Below are positions 1 to 9,409 of a stretch of DNA of 64,000 bases, piece after piece (within the stretch, counting starts at the first letter, position 1; each line of letters opens with the position of its first letter). The stretch lies in NCBI GenBank assembly GCA_045643205.1, contig JAZUKI010000010.1:32001-96000 (forward strand), given 5' to 3'. The DNA is from Clostridia bacterium (GTDB lineage Bacteria; Bacillota; Clostridia; TANB77; CAG-508). Under the pieces are notes generated by a model. That model had not been told where the DNA came from. It made no database searches and saw only the letters and a program-made list of their open reading frames with translations. The translations under genes were made by a program, and so were the position numbers.

Positions 1-1857
1 ACTATTTCTATGATATACGGAAAAAATACTGTAGTGGTTGTATATAAAATTGCAAACAAAAAAGCAAATACAAAATTAGAATTAACACCTTTAGTAAATT
101 TTAGAGATTTTCATTCAGATAATCAGTCATCACAATTTGATTATGGGCAGGATGCAAGAGAAGATAAAACTCAAGTAATTTATAATAATGGTTATAGATT
201 AAATTTATATGTTTCAAATAGTAAATTTATAAAACATAATAACGATATGTTCTATCGTATGCATTATCAAATTGAAGAAGAAAGAGGTTTTACAGCTACT
301 GAAAATCATATGATTCCAGGAACTTTCGAAGTGAATATTAAACCAAATGCAGATGTAGTAATTACATTTGTTGCAGGATTAGAAAGTGGAAGATTTGGAA
401 CTGACTTTGAACAAATACAGAAAATAGATGGAAGTAAAGTTATCTCTGAAGAAGTTAATAGAGTAAAAGAATTAATTAAAGATTCAAAATTATTAAAAGA
501 AAAAAATATTCATGAACAAGTAAATGCATTATATTTAGAAGGCTCTGAAAATAGTGTTTATGATGAACATGACGAAGTATATAAAGAACTTGTTAGAAAA
601 TATATTATAGCAAGTGATAACTTCATTATAAAAAGAGATTCAAATAATTTGTATTCATTAATAGCTGGGTACCCTTGGTTTTTAGATTGGGGAAGAGATG
701 CATTTATTGCATTTGAAGGATTATTATTAATCTCAAAAAGATATGATGTTGCAAAAGAAGTTTTGTTAAATTTTGCTAATAGCATACAAGAAGGCATAAT
801 ACCAAATGGATTTGATGAATACACAGATAATCCATTATATAATAGCGTTGATGCATCACTTTTGTTCATTAATGCAGTACAAAAATATTTAGATTATACA
901 GGTGATTATAAGTTTGTAATGAATGAACTTTTTAAGTATATGAAAGATATTATTGATTACTATGTTGATGGAACAAATTTTTCAGAAAATAATATTTATC
1001 TTGATAGAAATGATTATTTACTTGTTTCTGGAACTCCATATATACAAAATACATGGATGGATGCAAAAGTAGAAAATAGAGTTATAACACCTAGAAATGG
1101 TAAGGCAGTTGAGATAAATGCACTTTGGTACAATGCTTTAAGAATTATGGAAGATTTAGTAGCAAAAAACTGGAAAAAACCAATTTCAAAATTGGAGTAT
1201 GGTTTCTTAGCAAGAAAATGCAAAGAAAATTTTGTACAAAAATTTTATAATAAAAATAAAAAATGTTTATATGATGTTATTTTAGTTGATAAAGAAAAAA
1301 CAAAAGATGAATTTATAAAATCAATAGAGCAAAGCGCAGAAGAGCAGTTAGAATCAATTGCAAAAGATAGAAAAGATGACAAGATAAGACCTAATCAATT
1401 ATTTGCATTATCACTTAAATATCCTGTACTTGATTTAGAACAAGATGAAGCGAAAAATGTATTTATTACTGTAACAGGAAAATTATTAAATAAATTTGGA
1501 TTAAAAACTTTAGCTGAAGGTGAAGAAGGATATACAGCAATTTATAAAGGCGGACCAGTTGAAAGAGATGAAGCTTATCATCAAGGAATCACGTGGCCTT
1601 GGCTACTTGGACTATACTATGATGCATTAAAAAATTTAATAAATGCAAATGATGAATTAACACAACAAGAATTAAGTAGATCATTAATTCAGTTTAGAAC
1701 AAATGTAGCAAACACATTTTTAAATGAAATGCTTAACGGAAACACAATAGATAATATATCTGAAATTTATGATTCTGAAAATCCTAAATGTGGAAAAGGA
1801 TGTTTTGCACAGGCTTGGAGTATATCAGAAGTATTTAGAATTATTTTTGGAAAATAA
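1..1857 (+). CDS. Glycogen debranching enzyme (amylo-alpha-1,6-glucosidase, GDE_N + GDE_C), 5'-partial
   Basis: Motifs IAGYPWFLDWGRD, TWMDAK, TPRNGKAVEINALWYNAL, IRPNQL, YHQG..WPW, QAWS. The frame is open from base 1, so the true start is probably upstream of the window. Confidence 0.9.
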   Translation, partial: TISMIYGKNTVVVVYKIANKKANTKLELTPLVNFRDFHSDNQSSQFDYGQDAREDKTQVIYNNGYRLNLYVSNSKFIKHNNDMFYRMHYQIEEERGFTATENHMIPGTFEVNIKPNADVVITFVAGLESGRFGTDFEQIQKIDGSKVISEEVNRVKELIKDSKLLKEKNIHEQVNALYLEGSENSVYDEHDEVYKELVRKYIIASDNFIIKRDSNNLYSLIAGYPWFLDWGRDAFIAFEGLLLISKRYDVAKEVLLNFANSIQEGIIPNGFDEYTDNPLYNSVDASLLFINAVQKYLDYTGDYKFVMNELFKYMKDIIDYYVDGTNFSENNIYLDRNDYLLVSGTPYIQNTWMDAKVENRVITPRNGKAVEINALWYNALRIMEDLVAKNWKKPISKLEYGFLARKCKENFVQKFYNKNKKCLYDVILVDKEKTKDEFIKSIEQSAEEQLESIAKDRKDDKIRPNQLFALSLKYPVLDLEQDEAKNVFITVTGKLLNKFGLKTLAEGEEGYTAIYKGGPVERDEAYHQGITWPWLLGLYYDALKNLINANDELTQQELSRSLIQFRTNVANTFLNEMLNGNTIDNISEIYDSENPKCGKGCFAQAWSISEVFRIIFGK

Positions 1858-1884
1858 AAGTTTGAAAAATAGAAGGAGGTTAAA

Positions 1885-2814
1885 ATGGTTTATTTAATTT
1901 ATGGAACTGATAATTTTTTAAAAGATCAATACTTAAAAAAATTAAAGAAATCATTTGGTGACCTTCAGTTGGGAATAAACTTTATTCAAGTTGATGACAG
2001 CAATGTAGACAAGATAATATCTGACATTGAAACTCCAGCTTTTGGATTCGAAAAGAAAATAATATTTGCTAAAAATTGTGGACTATTTACTAAAAAAAAT
2101 TATTTAGCCGAATCAATTGCAGAATATATAAGTGAACATGACATTAGTGATGTTGAACTAGTTTTTGTTGAAGATAATGTTGATAAAAACAAATTATATA
2201 CTGCGATTGAAGCAATGGGTGAAATCAAAGAATTTAAAGAACTTACTCCAATGCAATTAATAAAAGAAATTGTACGAATTGGAAAAGGATATAATGTAGA
2301 TATTCCAGAAAATGTTGCACAATATATAGTTGAATGTTGTGGAACAAATATGCAAGATATTATAAATGAAATTCGTAAACTTATAGAATATGCAGGAACT
2401 AATGGAACTGTAAAAAAAGAAGATGTTGATGCTTTAGTAATTAAAAAAAGTGAAAGCGCAATTTTTGATTTAACTGATCAACTAGGAAAAAGAAATATAA
2501 GTGACGCAATTGAGACCTTACATAATTTAGAATATTATAGGGAACCAACACAAATGATTTTAATAATGTTGTATAGACATTTTAAAAAGCTATATTTATA
2601 TAAATTATGTGAAGGAAAAAATGTAATAGAAATATTAAAATTAAAGCCAAATCAATCATTTTTAGTAAGAAAATATGGACAGCAAGCAAACTATTTTAAA
2701 TTAGAAGAATTAGAAGAAATAATAGAAAAATTAATAGACTTAGATGAAAATTCTAAAAATGGAAATATAGATTTAGATATAGGTTTAGAATCAATATTAT
2801 GTAGATATTGTTAA
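1885..2814 (+). CDS. holA: DNA polymerase III delta subunit
   Basis: N-terminal VYLIYGTDNFL, ETPAFGFEKK, IFDLTD, C-terminal LIDLDENSKNG; 309 aa; SD GGAGG upstream. Confidence 0.88.
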   Translation: MVYLIYGTDNFLKDQYLKKLKKSFGDLQLGINFIQVDDSNVDKIISDIETPAFGFEKKIIFAKNCGLFTKKNYLAESIAEYISEHDISDVELVFVEDNVDKNKLYTAIEAMGEIKEFKELTPMQLIKEIVRIGKGYNVDIPENVAQYIVECCGTNMQDIINEIRKLIEYAGTNGTVKKEDVDALVIKKSESAIFDLTDQLGKRNISDAIETLHNLEYYREPTQMILIMLYRHFKKLYLYKLCEGKNVIEILKLKPNQSFLVRKYGQQANYFKLEELEEIIEKLIDLDENSKNGNIDLDIGLESILCRYC

Positions 2815-2847
2815 AAAAGTGAAGAGATTTTTTCTCTTCACTTTTTT
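2813..2847 (+). terminator. Intrinsic terminator after holA
   Basis: aaaaaagtgaagaga-ttttt-tctcttcactttttt hairpin with T-run. Confidence 0.8.
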
Positions 2848-2850
2848 GCT

Positions 2851-2965
2851 GATTTATTGTTTATGATTTATTGATTGTTATTTGTTATTTATTTATTGTT
2901 TGTTTGTTGTTTATTGTTTGCTGTTTATTGTTTATTGTTTATTGTTTATTGTTTGTTTGCTTGCT
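2851..2965. repeat. Degenerate (TTTATTG)n low-complexity tandem repeat
   Basis: Runs such as gtttattgtttattgtttattgtttattgttt. Confidence 0.8.
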
Positions 2966-3002
2966 ATTATGTGCAGTTACCAAATACAAGAAAGAACATA
3001 AA

Positions 3003-3028
3003 AAAAACTAGTCTTGCGACTAGTTTTT
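3003..3028 (-). terminator. Intrinsic terminator of tRNA-Gly
   Basis: aaaaactagtc-ttgc-gactagttttt directly downstream of the tRNA CCA end on the minus strand. Confidence 0.8.
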
Positions 3029-3032
3029 AATT

Positions 3033-3106
3033 TGGAGCAGGTAACGGGAATCGAACCCGTATGTTCAGCTTGGAGGGCTGACATTCTACCATTGAACTAC
3101 ACCTGC
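3033..3106 (-). tRNA. tRNA-Gly (anticodon TCC), atypical C33
   Basis: Reverse complement: GCAGGTG TA GTTC AATGGTA GAAT G TCAGC CCTCCAA GCTGA ACAT ACGGG TTCGATT CCCGT TACCTGC T CCA; full cloverleaf, U73, encoded CCA. Confidence 0.92.
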
Positions 3107-3125
3107 ACTTGCGATGACAATGGTA

Positions 3126-3154
3126 ATTGTACACTTTTTTTTTGCCGTTGTCAA
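3126..3154 (-). promoter_or_regulatory. Sigma-A promoter of tRNA-Gly
   Basis: Minus strand TTGACA-17 nt-TACAAT. Confidence 0.75.
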
Positions 3155-3219
3155 GTAATGTATCTATTTTATTTACAGATTTTTAAAATAATTGTATAAT
3201 TTAGAACATAGAGGTGTTT

Positions 3220-4092
3220 ATGAAAAAATTATCAGTTGAGTATGAAGACTCAGGAAAAAAATTAACTACATTTTTAACTGCTAAATATCCAAAGCTAAAT
3301 GTTAATTCTGTTTATAAAGCATTAAGAAAGAAAGATATTAAATTAAATGGTAAACGTATAAATGACAATGTAGAATTAACATATGGCGATGAACTTGAAA
3401 TTTATATAGTAGATAGCGAATTTGAAGGAACAAAAAAAGATTTTAGCATACCAAAAGTATATGAAGATGAAAATATTCTTATTGTAAATAAGCCTCAAGA
3501 TATTGAGGTAGAAGGCGAAAATTCAATAACATATTATTTGAAAAAACAATATACATATATTGAGCCTTGCCATAGAATAGATAGAAACACAATTGGATTG
3601 GTAATATTTGCTAAAAACGAAGAAACATTAAATACAATAATTGAAATGTTCAAGAATCAATCAATTGAAAAACATTATATTGCATGTTGCTATGGTATAC
3701 CTAAATCAAATGCAACAATAAATGGTTATTTATTCAAAGATAGAAAAAAATCTTTAGTATTTATTTCAAAAGAACCTAAAAAAGGATATACCAAAATTAC
3801 TACATCTTATAAATTAATAAAAGAAAATAAAGAAAAAAACATTTCTTTATTAGATGTTACTTTACATACAGGCAAAACACATCAAATTAGAGCACATTTA
3901 GCATTTGCAGGACTTCCACTATTAGGAGATGGAAAATACGGATCTTATGAAATAAATAAAAGATTCAAAATATATAAACAAGCATTATGCAGTTACAGCA
4001 TAACATTTAATGTTAATGAAGGAAAATTATTATATCTAAACGAAACAACAATAAAGTTAAAACAAATACCATTTGAAGATATTGTTGATTAA
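3220..4092 (+). CDS. RluA/RluD-family pseudouridine synthase (S4 + catalytic domain)
   Basis: HRIDRNTIGL catalytic motif, TGKTHQIRAH, PLLGDGKYG; ATG 3220 follows SD GAGGTG. Confidence 0.93.
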   Translation: MKKLSVEYEDSGKKLTTFLTAKYPKLNVNSVYKALRKKDIKLNGKRINDNVELTYGDELEIYIVDSEFEGTKKDFSIPKVYEDENILIVNKPQDIEVEGENSITYYLKKQYTYIEPCHRIDRNTIGLVIFAKNEETLNTIIEMFKNQSIEKHYIACCYGIPKSNATINGYLFKDRKKSLVFISKEPKKGYTKITTSYKLIKENKEKNISLLDVTLHTGKTHQIRAHLAFAGLPLLGDGKYGSYEINKRFKIYKQALCSYSITFNVNEGKLLYLNETTIKLKQIPFEDIVD

Positions 4093-4175
4093 TTAAAGAT
4101 ATTATTAATTAAAGATATTATTAATTGAAGATATTATTAATTAATTGAAGATATTATTAATTAATTTTAGATATG
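4089..4175. repeat. 16/20-bp tandem repeat TTAATT(A/G)AAGATATTA x4 plus one degenerate copy
   Basis: Copies start at 4089, 4105, 4121, 4141, and 4161 (degenerate). Confidence 0.88.
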
Positions 4176-4973
4176 ATTATTGGTGAAGAAAAAGTGTCTA
4201 GTTTTTTATTTAAACTAATAGGTATAATTTGTATGACAATTGATCACAGCAGAGTATTGGTTTTTAATACTCCTGAATTTGCTTGGATGGATGCGATAGG
4301 AAGATTAGCATTTCCTATTTTTGCATTTCAAATAGTTGTTGGTTACAAAAAAACACATAATCTAAAAAAATATTTATTGCGATTGTTATTATTTGCAATA
4401 ATATCCGAAATTCCATATAAATGGATGACATGGTTAGTAACAAAAGATTTTAATATAACAATGCAATATTGGAATGTGTATTGGACATTTGTACTAGGAC
4501 TTATATCTTTAATAGTACTGAATGATGAAAAACTAAAAGGTATATATAAAGGATTTATAGTAGTAGGAATAAGCATTTTATTTTCAATTTGTTACGTGGA
4601 TTATGCTTTTTATGGAATCGCAATTATGATTGCATACTATTATTTATTTCCATTTAAAACTAATGATAAAAAAGATATAGATAAGGTAGGAACAAAAGAC
4701 ACAAAGAGACTAACTATAATAAAAGGAATAATTTTAGTTGTTGAATTAGCTATATTATCTACAATATTTGCTGCATTTATAAATATTAGAACAGGAGCAT
4801 TTTTACCATTTGTAAATATGTTACCATATGCAACATATACATTTATAGGAAGTTTAATTCCGTTTTTATCAAATGGAAAAAAAGGATTATCAAACAAATT
4901 TATTAAATGGATGTTTTATATTTATTATCCATTGCACATAACAGTATTATGTTTAATTTGTTTTTTTAAATAA
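4173..4973 (+). CDS. TraX-family membrane protein (putative acyltransferase)
   Basis: KLIGIICMTIDH, IGRLAFPIFAF, YLLRL, VDY..YG, FYIYYPLH motifs; multi-TM. Confidence 0.85.
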   Translation: MIIGEEKVSSFLFKLIGIICMTIDHSRVLVFNTPEFAWMDAIGRLAFPIFAFQIVVGYKKTHNLKKYLLRLLLFAIISEIPYKWMTWLVTKDFNITMQYWNVYWTFVLGLISLIVLNDEKLKGIYKGFIVVGISILFSICYVDYAFYGIAIMIAYYYLFPFKTNDKKDIDKVGTKDTKRLTIIKGIILVVELAILSTIFAAFINIRTGAFLPFVNMLPYATYTFIGSLIPFLSNGKKGLSNKFIKWMFYIYYPLHITVLCLICFFK

Positions 4974-4991
4974 AAGTTAAAGGAATAAGAT

Positions 4992-5294
4992 ATGGAATTT
5001 TTAATGAATTTTTTACAAGTTAAAGTACTACTAATTTATTTGTTAGTTATGAATGTTGTAAGTTTTCTTTTGATGTGGTACGATAAACATGAAGCTCAAA
5101 CAAACCAATGGAGAGTAAGTGAAAAGGCATTATTTTTATTTACAATTTTCGGAGGAAGCATTGGCGGAATTGCTGGAATGCAAATATTTAGGCATAAAAC
5201 AAAAAAATGGTATTTTAAAATTGGATTTCCAGTAATATTAATAATCCAAATAGGATTAATTATTTGGGCTGGAGTAAACGGATATATAAAATAA
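4992..5294 (+). CDS. DUF1294 family membrane protein
   Basis: YDK..A...WRVSE, GGSIG, FRHKTKK motifs. Confidence 0.9.
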   Translation: MEFLMNFLQVKVLLIYLLVMNVVSFLLMWYDKHEAQTNQWRVSEKALFLFTIFGGSIGGIAGMQIFRHKTKKWYFKIGFPVILIIQIGLIIWAGVNGYIK

Positions 5295-5317
5295 AATGAA
5301 AAAAGCAAAGGAATAAA

Positions 5318-6079
5318 ATGAATAGATTTAATAAGTTATTAACAGTAATATTAATAATTGTTAGCATTGGAGCATTAGTTGCTTTTGGCTTTTTTATTTT
5401 TGATATAGTAAAAGATAAAAAAGAAGAAGGCGAAATAAAAGATTTAGAAAATCAATTTTTTAATAAGATTGCCAATGAAAATTATATAAGCAATGCAATT
5501 GATGTTAATTTATCAAATCAAGTTGCAGAAAATAATATAATACAAAATGTACCAGCAGTTACTAATCAAATAGTAAGTAACACAACAAGTGGAGGCAACG
5601 GGGGAAACAGTGGAAACAATGGAAATGGCGGAAACAATAATACAAATCAAAATAATGCAATTCCATTAAAATATAAAGGATACAATGTAATTGGATGGAT
5701 TAACATTCCAAAAACAAATGCTAGTTATCCAATTCTTGAAAAATCATCATTATCATCAATGGATGTTTCAGTAGGTTGGGTATATGGACCAACAGAAAAA
5801 CCAGAAGTTAATGTCATGGGAAATACAGTTATTTATGGTCATAATTATCACAATGGAAGATTTTTTTCTAACAATAAAAACTTAAATAATGGAGATGTGA
5901 TTTACATTACAGGACTTAATGGCGAAAAAGTTAAATATGTTATTTATAACAAATATGAAACTACATCATTAGACTTTGATTATGCTATTAGAAAGACTGG
6001 AAATAAAAGAGAGATATCTCTTGCAACATGTACAGATGATGGAGTATCAAGACTTATTATATGGGCAAAAGAAGAATAG
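5318..6079 (+). CDS. Sortase (class uncertain)
   Basis: N-terminal TM, G.INIPK..ASYPI, YGHN (His), LATC (Cys), downstream Arg; G/N-rich linker. Confidence 0.88.
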   Translation: MNRFNKLLTVILIIVSIGALVAFGFFIFDIVKDKKEEGEIKDLENQFFNKIANENYISNAIDVNLSNQVAENNIIQNVPAVTNQIVSNTTSGGNGGNSGNNGNGGNNNTNQNNAIPLKYKGYNVIGWINIPKTNASYPILEKSSLSSMDVSVGWVYGPTEKPEVNVMGNTVIYGHNYHNGRFFSNNKNLNNGDVIYITGLNGEKVKYVIYNKYETTSLDFDYAIRKTGNKREISLATCTDDGVSRLIIWAKEE

Positions 6080-6094
6080 AAACGGAGACTTTAA

Positions 6095-6577
6095 ATGCGT
6101 AAACCAGATGCACAATTTAATAAAGTAACAGATATTAGTCCACAATTTTTTATTGATAATAACTTAAAAGGTGTAATACTAGATATAGATAATACTTTAA
6201 TTGGATTAGATGGTAAAATATTAGAAAATGTTTTTGAATGGTTAAAATCTTTAAAAGATGCCAATATAAAATTATGTATAGCATCTAATAGTAAAAACAA
6301 AAAGAAAGTATCTTCATTTGCAAATAAAGCAGACATACCATATTTCTTGTTTTCATGTAAACCTTTAAAACGTGGATTAAAGAAAGCATTAAATAAATTA
6401 GAGATGAAACCTGAAAATGTCGCTGAAATTGGTGATCAATTATTCACAGATGTTTGGGGAGCAAAGCGAATGAAAATGTTTTCAATACTAACGAAACCAT
6501 TCACACCAGAAAAAAACTTTGTTACTAGATTCAAAAGAAAAATAGAACAACATTATTTAGACAAGATTACTAAATAA
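6095..6577 (+). CDS. yqeG: YqeG-family HAD IIIA phosphatase
   Basis: DIDNTL, ASN, KP, IGDQLFTDVWGA. Confidence 0.88.
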   Translation: MRKPDAQFNKVTDISPQFFIDNNLKGVILDIDNTLIGLDGKILENVFEWLKSLKDANIKLCIASNSKNKKKVSSFANKADIPYFLFSCKPLKRGLKKALNKLEMKPENVAEIGDQLFTDVWGAKRMKMFSILTKPFTPEKNFVTRFKRKIEQHYLDKITK

Positions 6578-6590
6578 TAGAGGAGAAAAT

Positions 6591-7325
6591 ATGTATATAA
6601 ATGATATAAGTATATTATATTATTTTTTGGTAGGTGTTGCAGGAATGCTTATTGGTCAGTTTTTAGATTGGTCAATAATTAGACTAAAAGATAATAAAAG
6701 AATTCTTTGTCGTCAATTTTTTAATAACTATCTGCCCAATATGCAATTGAATAATAAGTTAGTATATTCAATGGCAATTATAAATATAATTCTTTTATAT
6801 TTTGGCGGATTAAATTTGCAAACACTTGAATACTTGCTATTAGCACCAATATTGGTTTTAGTATTTGTTATAGATTATAAAGATAAAATTATTCCAAATA
6901 GATTGGTGTTAACAATATTTGAAATAGGAATAATTTTTACAATCATATATGGATACACAGACTTTAATGTAGCTATTAACAATATTATTGGATTTATTGT
7001 TGGAGGAGCAATTTTTGCAATAATAACATTAGTTGGAACACTCATTACAAACAAAGAAGCAATGGGATTTGGTGATGTAAAATTAGTTGCTGCACTTGGA
7101 TTAGTTATGGGATTCCCCAAAATACTAATAATAGCAGTAACATCATTTTTAATTGGTGCAGTTGTTAGTATTATTTTATTAATTCTAAAGAAAAAGAAAA
7201 CAAAAGATGTAATACCATTTGGACCATTTATTGTAATTTCAACAATAGTTGTTATGTTTATACCAACAAACATCTTATTGCTTGCACTACTAAATATTTT
7301 TACATTAGGAATGTATCATGCATAA
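6591..7325 (+). CDS. A24 prepilin peptidase-like protein
   Basis: IDYKDKIIPN, MGFGDVKL, IPFGPFI; no N-terminal CxxC pairs. Confidence 0.85.
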   Translation: MYINDISILYYFLVGVAGMLIGQFLDWSIIRLKDNKRILCRQFFNNYLPNMQLNNKLVYSMAIINIILLYFGGLNLQTLEYLLLAPILVLVFVIDYKDKIIPNRLVLTIFEIGIIFTIIYGYTDFNVAINNIIGFIVGGAIFAIITLVGTLITNKEAMGFGDVKLVAALGLVMGFPKILIIAVTSFLIGAVVSIILLILKKKKTKDVIPFGPFIVISTIVVMFIPTNILLLALLNIFTLGMYHA

Positions 7326-7342
7326 TTTCTAAAGGGGGAAAC

Positions 7343-8404
7343 ATGAGTAATAGAATTGTAGAACTTAAAGCAAAGTTAAATCAATCTAATATTGATGGAA
7401 TGATAGTTACAAATCCAGTAAGTATCCGTTACTTAACAGGATTAACAGCAGAGGGAACTTTACTAATTACTAAACAAGAAAATGTTTTTATTACCGATGG
7501 AAGATATATTGAAGAAGTTAATAGCTTATTAACTATTAATGATGGAATTACTTGCTATGATTATAGTGATTTGACAGAGGAGGATGATTTAAATTTCTTC
7601 ACTGACTGTGATAAAGTTGGCTTTGAAGAAAAATATGTTACATATGTAGACTACTCAAGATTTTTAGTTAAATATAGAATTAAAGAATTAGTAGAAGCTA
7701 GTAAATTTATAGAAAAACAAAGAATGATAAAAGATGAAAATGAAATAGCATGTATTGAAAAAGCATGCAACATAACAGACAGTTGCTTTTTACATTTACT
7801 AGATTTTATAAAAGTGGGAATGACAGAAAAAGAAATAGTCGCAGAGATTGTTTATTTCTTTTTAAAAAATGGAGCAGATGGAGAAGCTTTTGAAACAATA
7901 GTTGCATCAGGACCAAATTCTTCAAAACCTCATGCAATACCAACTGATAGAAAAATATTACCAGGTGATCCAATTTTAATTGATTTTGGAGCAAAATATA
8001 AAGGCTATTGTGCAGATATGACAAGAACAATATTTGCAGGTCAACCAAGTGAAGAAGATGCTAAACTTTATGAATTTTTATTAGCTGTTCAAAAGAGAGC
8101 AGAATTAAAAATAAAAGATGGAGCATCAGGAATGGAAATAGCAAAAGGTGTTGAAACAGAATTACAAATTAGAGGATATGATTTGATTCATGGACTTGGA
8201 CATAGCGTAGGAATTGAAATTCATGAGAAGCCAGTTTTAAGCCATAAAGTAAATTGGGATTTACAAGAAAATAATGTTGTAACATGCGAACCAGGAATTT
8301 ATATTCCAGGAAAAATTGGAATTAGAATTGAAGACACAGTATTAGTAAAAAAATTAGAATCTAGATCATTAACAAAGTCAAATAAAAATTTATTAACAAT
8401 ATAA
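7343..8404 (+). CDS. Xaa-Pro aminopeptidase (M24)
   Basis: TDGRY, DFGA...Y.ADMTRT, HGLGHSVGIEIHE, EPGIY, GIRIED. Confidence 0.93.
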   Translation: MSNRIVELKAKLNQSNIDGMIVTNPVSIRYLTGLTAEGTLLITKQENVFITDGRYIEEVNSLLTINDGITCYDYSDLTEEDDLNFFTDCDKVGFEEKYVTYVDYSRFLVKYRIKELVEASKFIEKQRMIKDENEIACIEKACNITDSCFLHLLDFIKVGMTEKEIVAEIVYFFLKNGADGEAFETIVASGPNSSKPHAIPTDRKILPGDPILIDFGAKYKGYCADMTRTIFAGQPSEEDAKLYEFLLAVQKRAELKIKDGASGMEIAKGVETELQIRGYDLIHGLGHSVGIEIHEKPVLSHKVNWDLQENNVVTCEPGIYIPGKIGIRIEDTVLVKKLESRSLTKSNKNLLTI

Positions 8405-8527
8405 TAAAATATTATAAATAATGAAAAAAATATTATTAACAAAAAGTATTATTATAAGAATAAAAATATTATCAACAACATAGCAAAATATGGAAAAACA
8501 TAACAATAAATTGTAAACTAAAACGGG

Positions 8528-8558
8528 AAAAGTGCAACCAAATTTCGGTTGCACTTTT
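8528..8558 (+). terminator. Intrinsic terminator
   Basis: aaaagtgcaacc-aaatttc-ggttgcactttt. Confidence 0.7.
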
Positions 8559-8725
8559 ATTATGTAAATTTAATATTGCACTAATATTTCAACTATTTTT
8601 CAAAAACCTTTCATTTTGTTAAGTTTCCTTGATTTTAATTGAAAATACTAAGTTTTATTGATATGATTATAATTGCAATATGATAAAAACGATATTTGTT
8701 TTTACATGGAAAGGATCTCGTATAA

Positions 8726-9409
8726 ATGATCGAATTTAGAAATGTTTCACAAACATATGATAAAGCAGAAAATGAAACTATTCATAATGCTAGTTTTAAA
8801 ATTGAAAAAGGTGAATTTGTATTTTTGATTGGAAGTTCTGGATCTGGAAAATCAACATTAATTAAGTTGATTGAAAAAGAAGAAAATCCAACATCAGGAC
8901 AAATTATTATAAATGGAAGAGATACTACAAATTTAAAACAAAGTAGAATACCATATTTAAGAAGAAGTATGGGAGTTGTTTTCCAAGACTTCAGACTTCT
9001 TCCAGATTTAACAGTTTATGAAAATGTTGCTTTTGCAATGAATGTTGTTAAGGCAGCTCCAAAGCATATTAGAAGACAAGTTCCACTTGTACTTTCACAA
9101 GTAGGATTAAGCAATGAAGCAAATAAATATCCAAATGAATTATCAGGTGGTCAACAACAAAGAGTTGCACTTGCAAGGGCAATGGTAAACAATCCATCAA
9201 TGCTTATCGCAGATGAGCCTACAGGAAACTTAGATCCAGATACTGCTTGGGATATTATGGGTATTCTTAATGAAATCAACTTAAGAGGAACAACAGTAGT
9301 TATTGCAACACATGCTAAAGACATAGTTGATAGAATGAATAAGAGAGTAATCAGAATTGAAAAAGGTACTATAATTTCAGATAAAAAAGGTGGTTATGAT
9401 GAGATTTAA
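8726..9409 (+). CDS. ftsE: Cell division ATP-binding protein FtsE
   Basis: GSSGSGKST, IPYLRR..GVVFQDFRLL, LSGGQQQRV, ADEPTGNLD. Confidence 0.95.
   Translation: MIEFRNVSQTYDKAENETIHNASFKIEKGEFVFLIGSSGSGKSTLIKLIEKEENPTSGQIIINGRDTTNLKQSRIPYLRRSMGVVFQDFRLLPDLTVYENVAFAMNVVKAAPKHIRRQVPLVLSQVGLSNEANKYPNELSGGQQQRVALARAMVNNPSMLIADEPTGNLDPDTAWDIMGILNEINLRGTTVVIATHAKDIVDRMNKRVIRIEKGTIISDKKGGYDEI

Noticed and set aside
3068-3076. Reading the tRNA-Gly loop in a shifted register as anticodon CCA (Trp)
   Set aside because: The 5-bp stem fixes a 7-nt loop with TCC central; the body and U73 are Gly-type
3014-3199. 61-aa + strand ORF
   Set aside because: Antisense to tRNA-Gly and its promoter; shadow ORF
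4089-4175. Possible CRISPR array
   Set aside because: Repeats are contiguous with no unique spacers, and there are no cas genes in the window
8530-8545. tgcaaccaaa shared with the XRE upstream region at 33642
   Set aside because: Only a 10-nt match, and the 8528-8558 palindrome is explained as a terminator
8543-8570. dif-like site (TTATGTAAAT arm)
   Set aside because: No matching XerC arm; it overlaps a terminator tail, and gene orientation does not switch here
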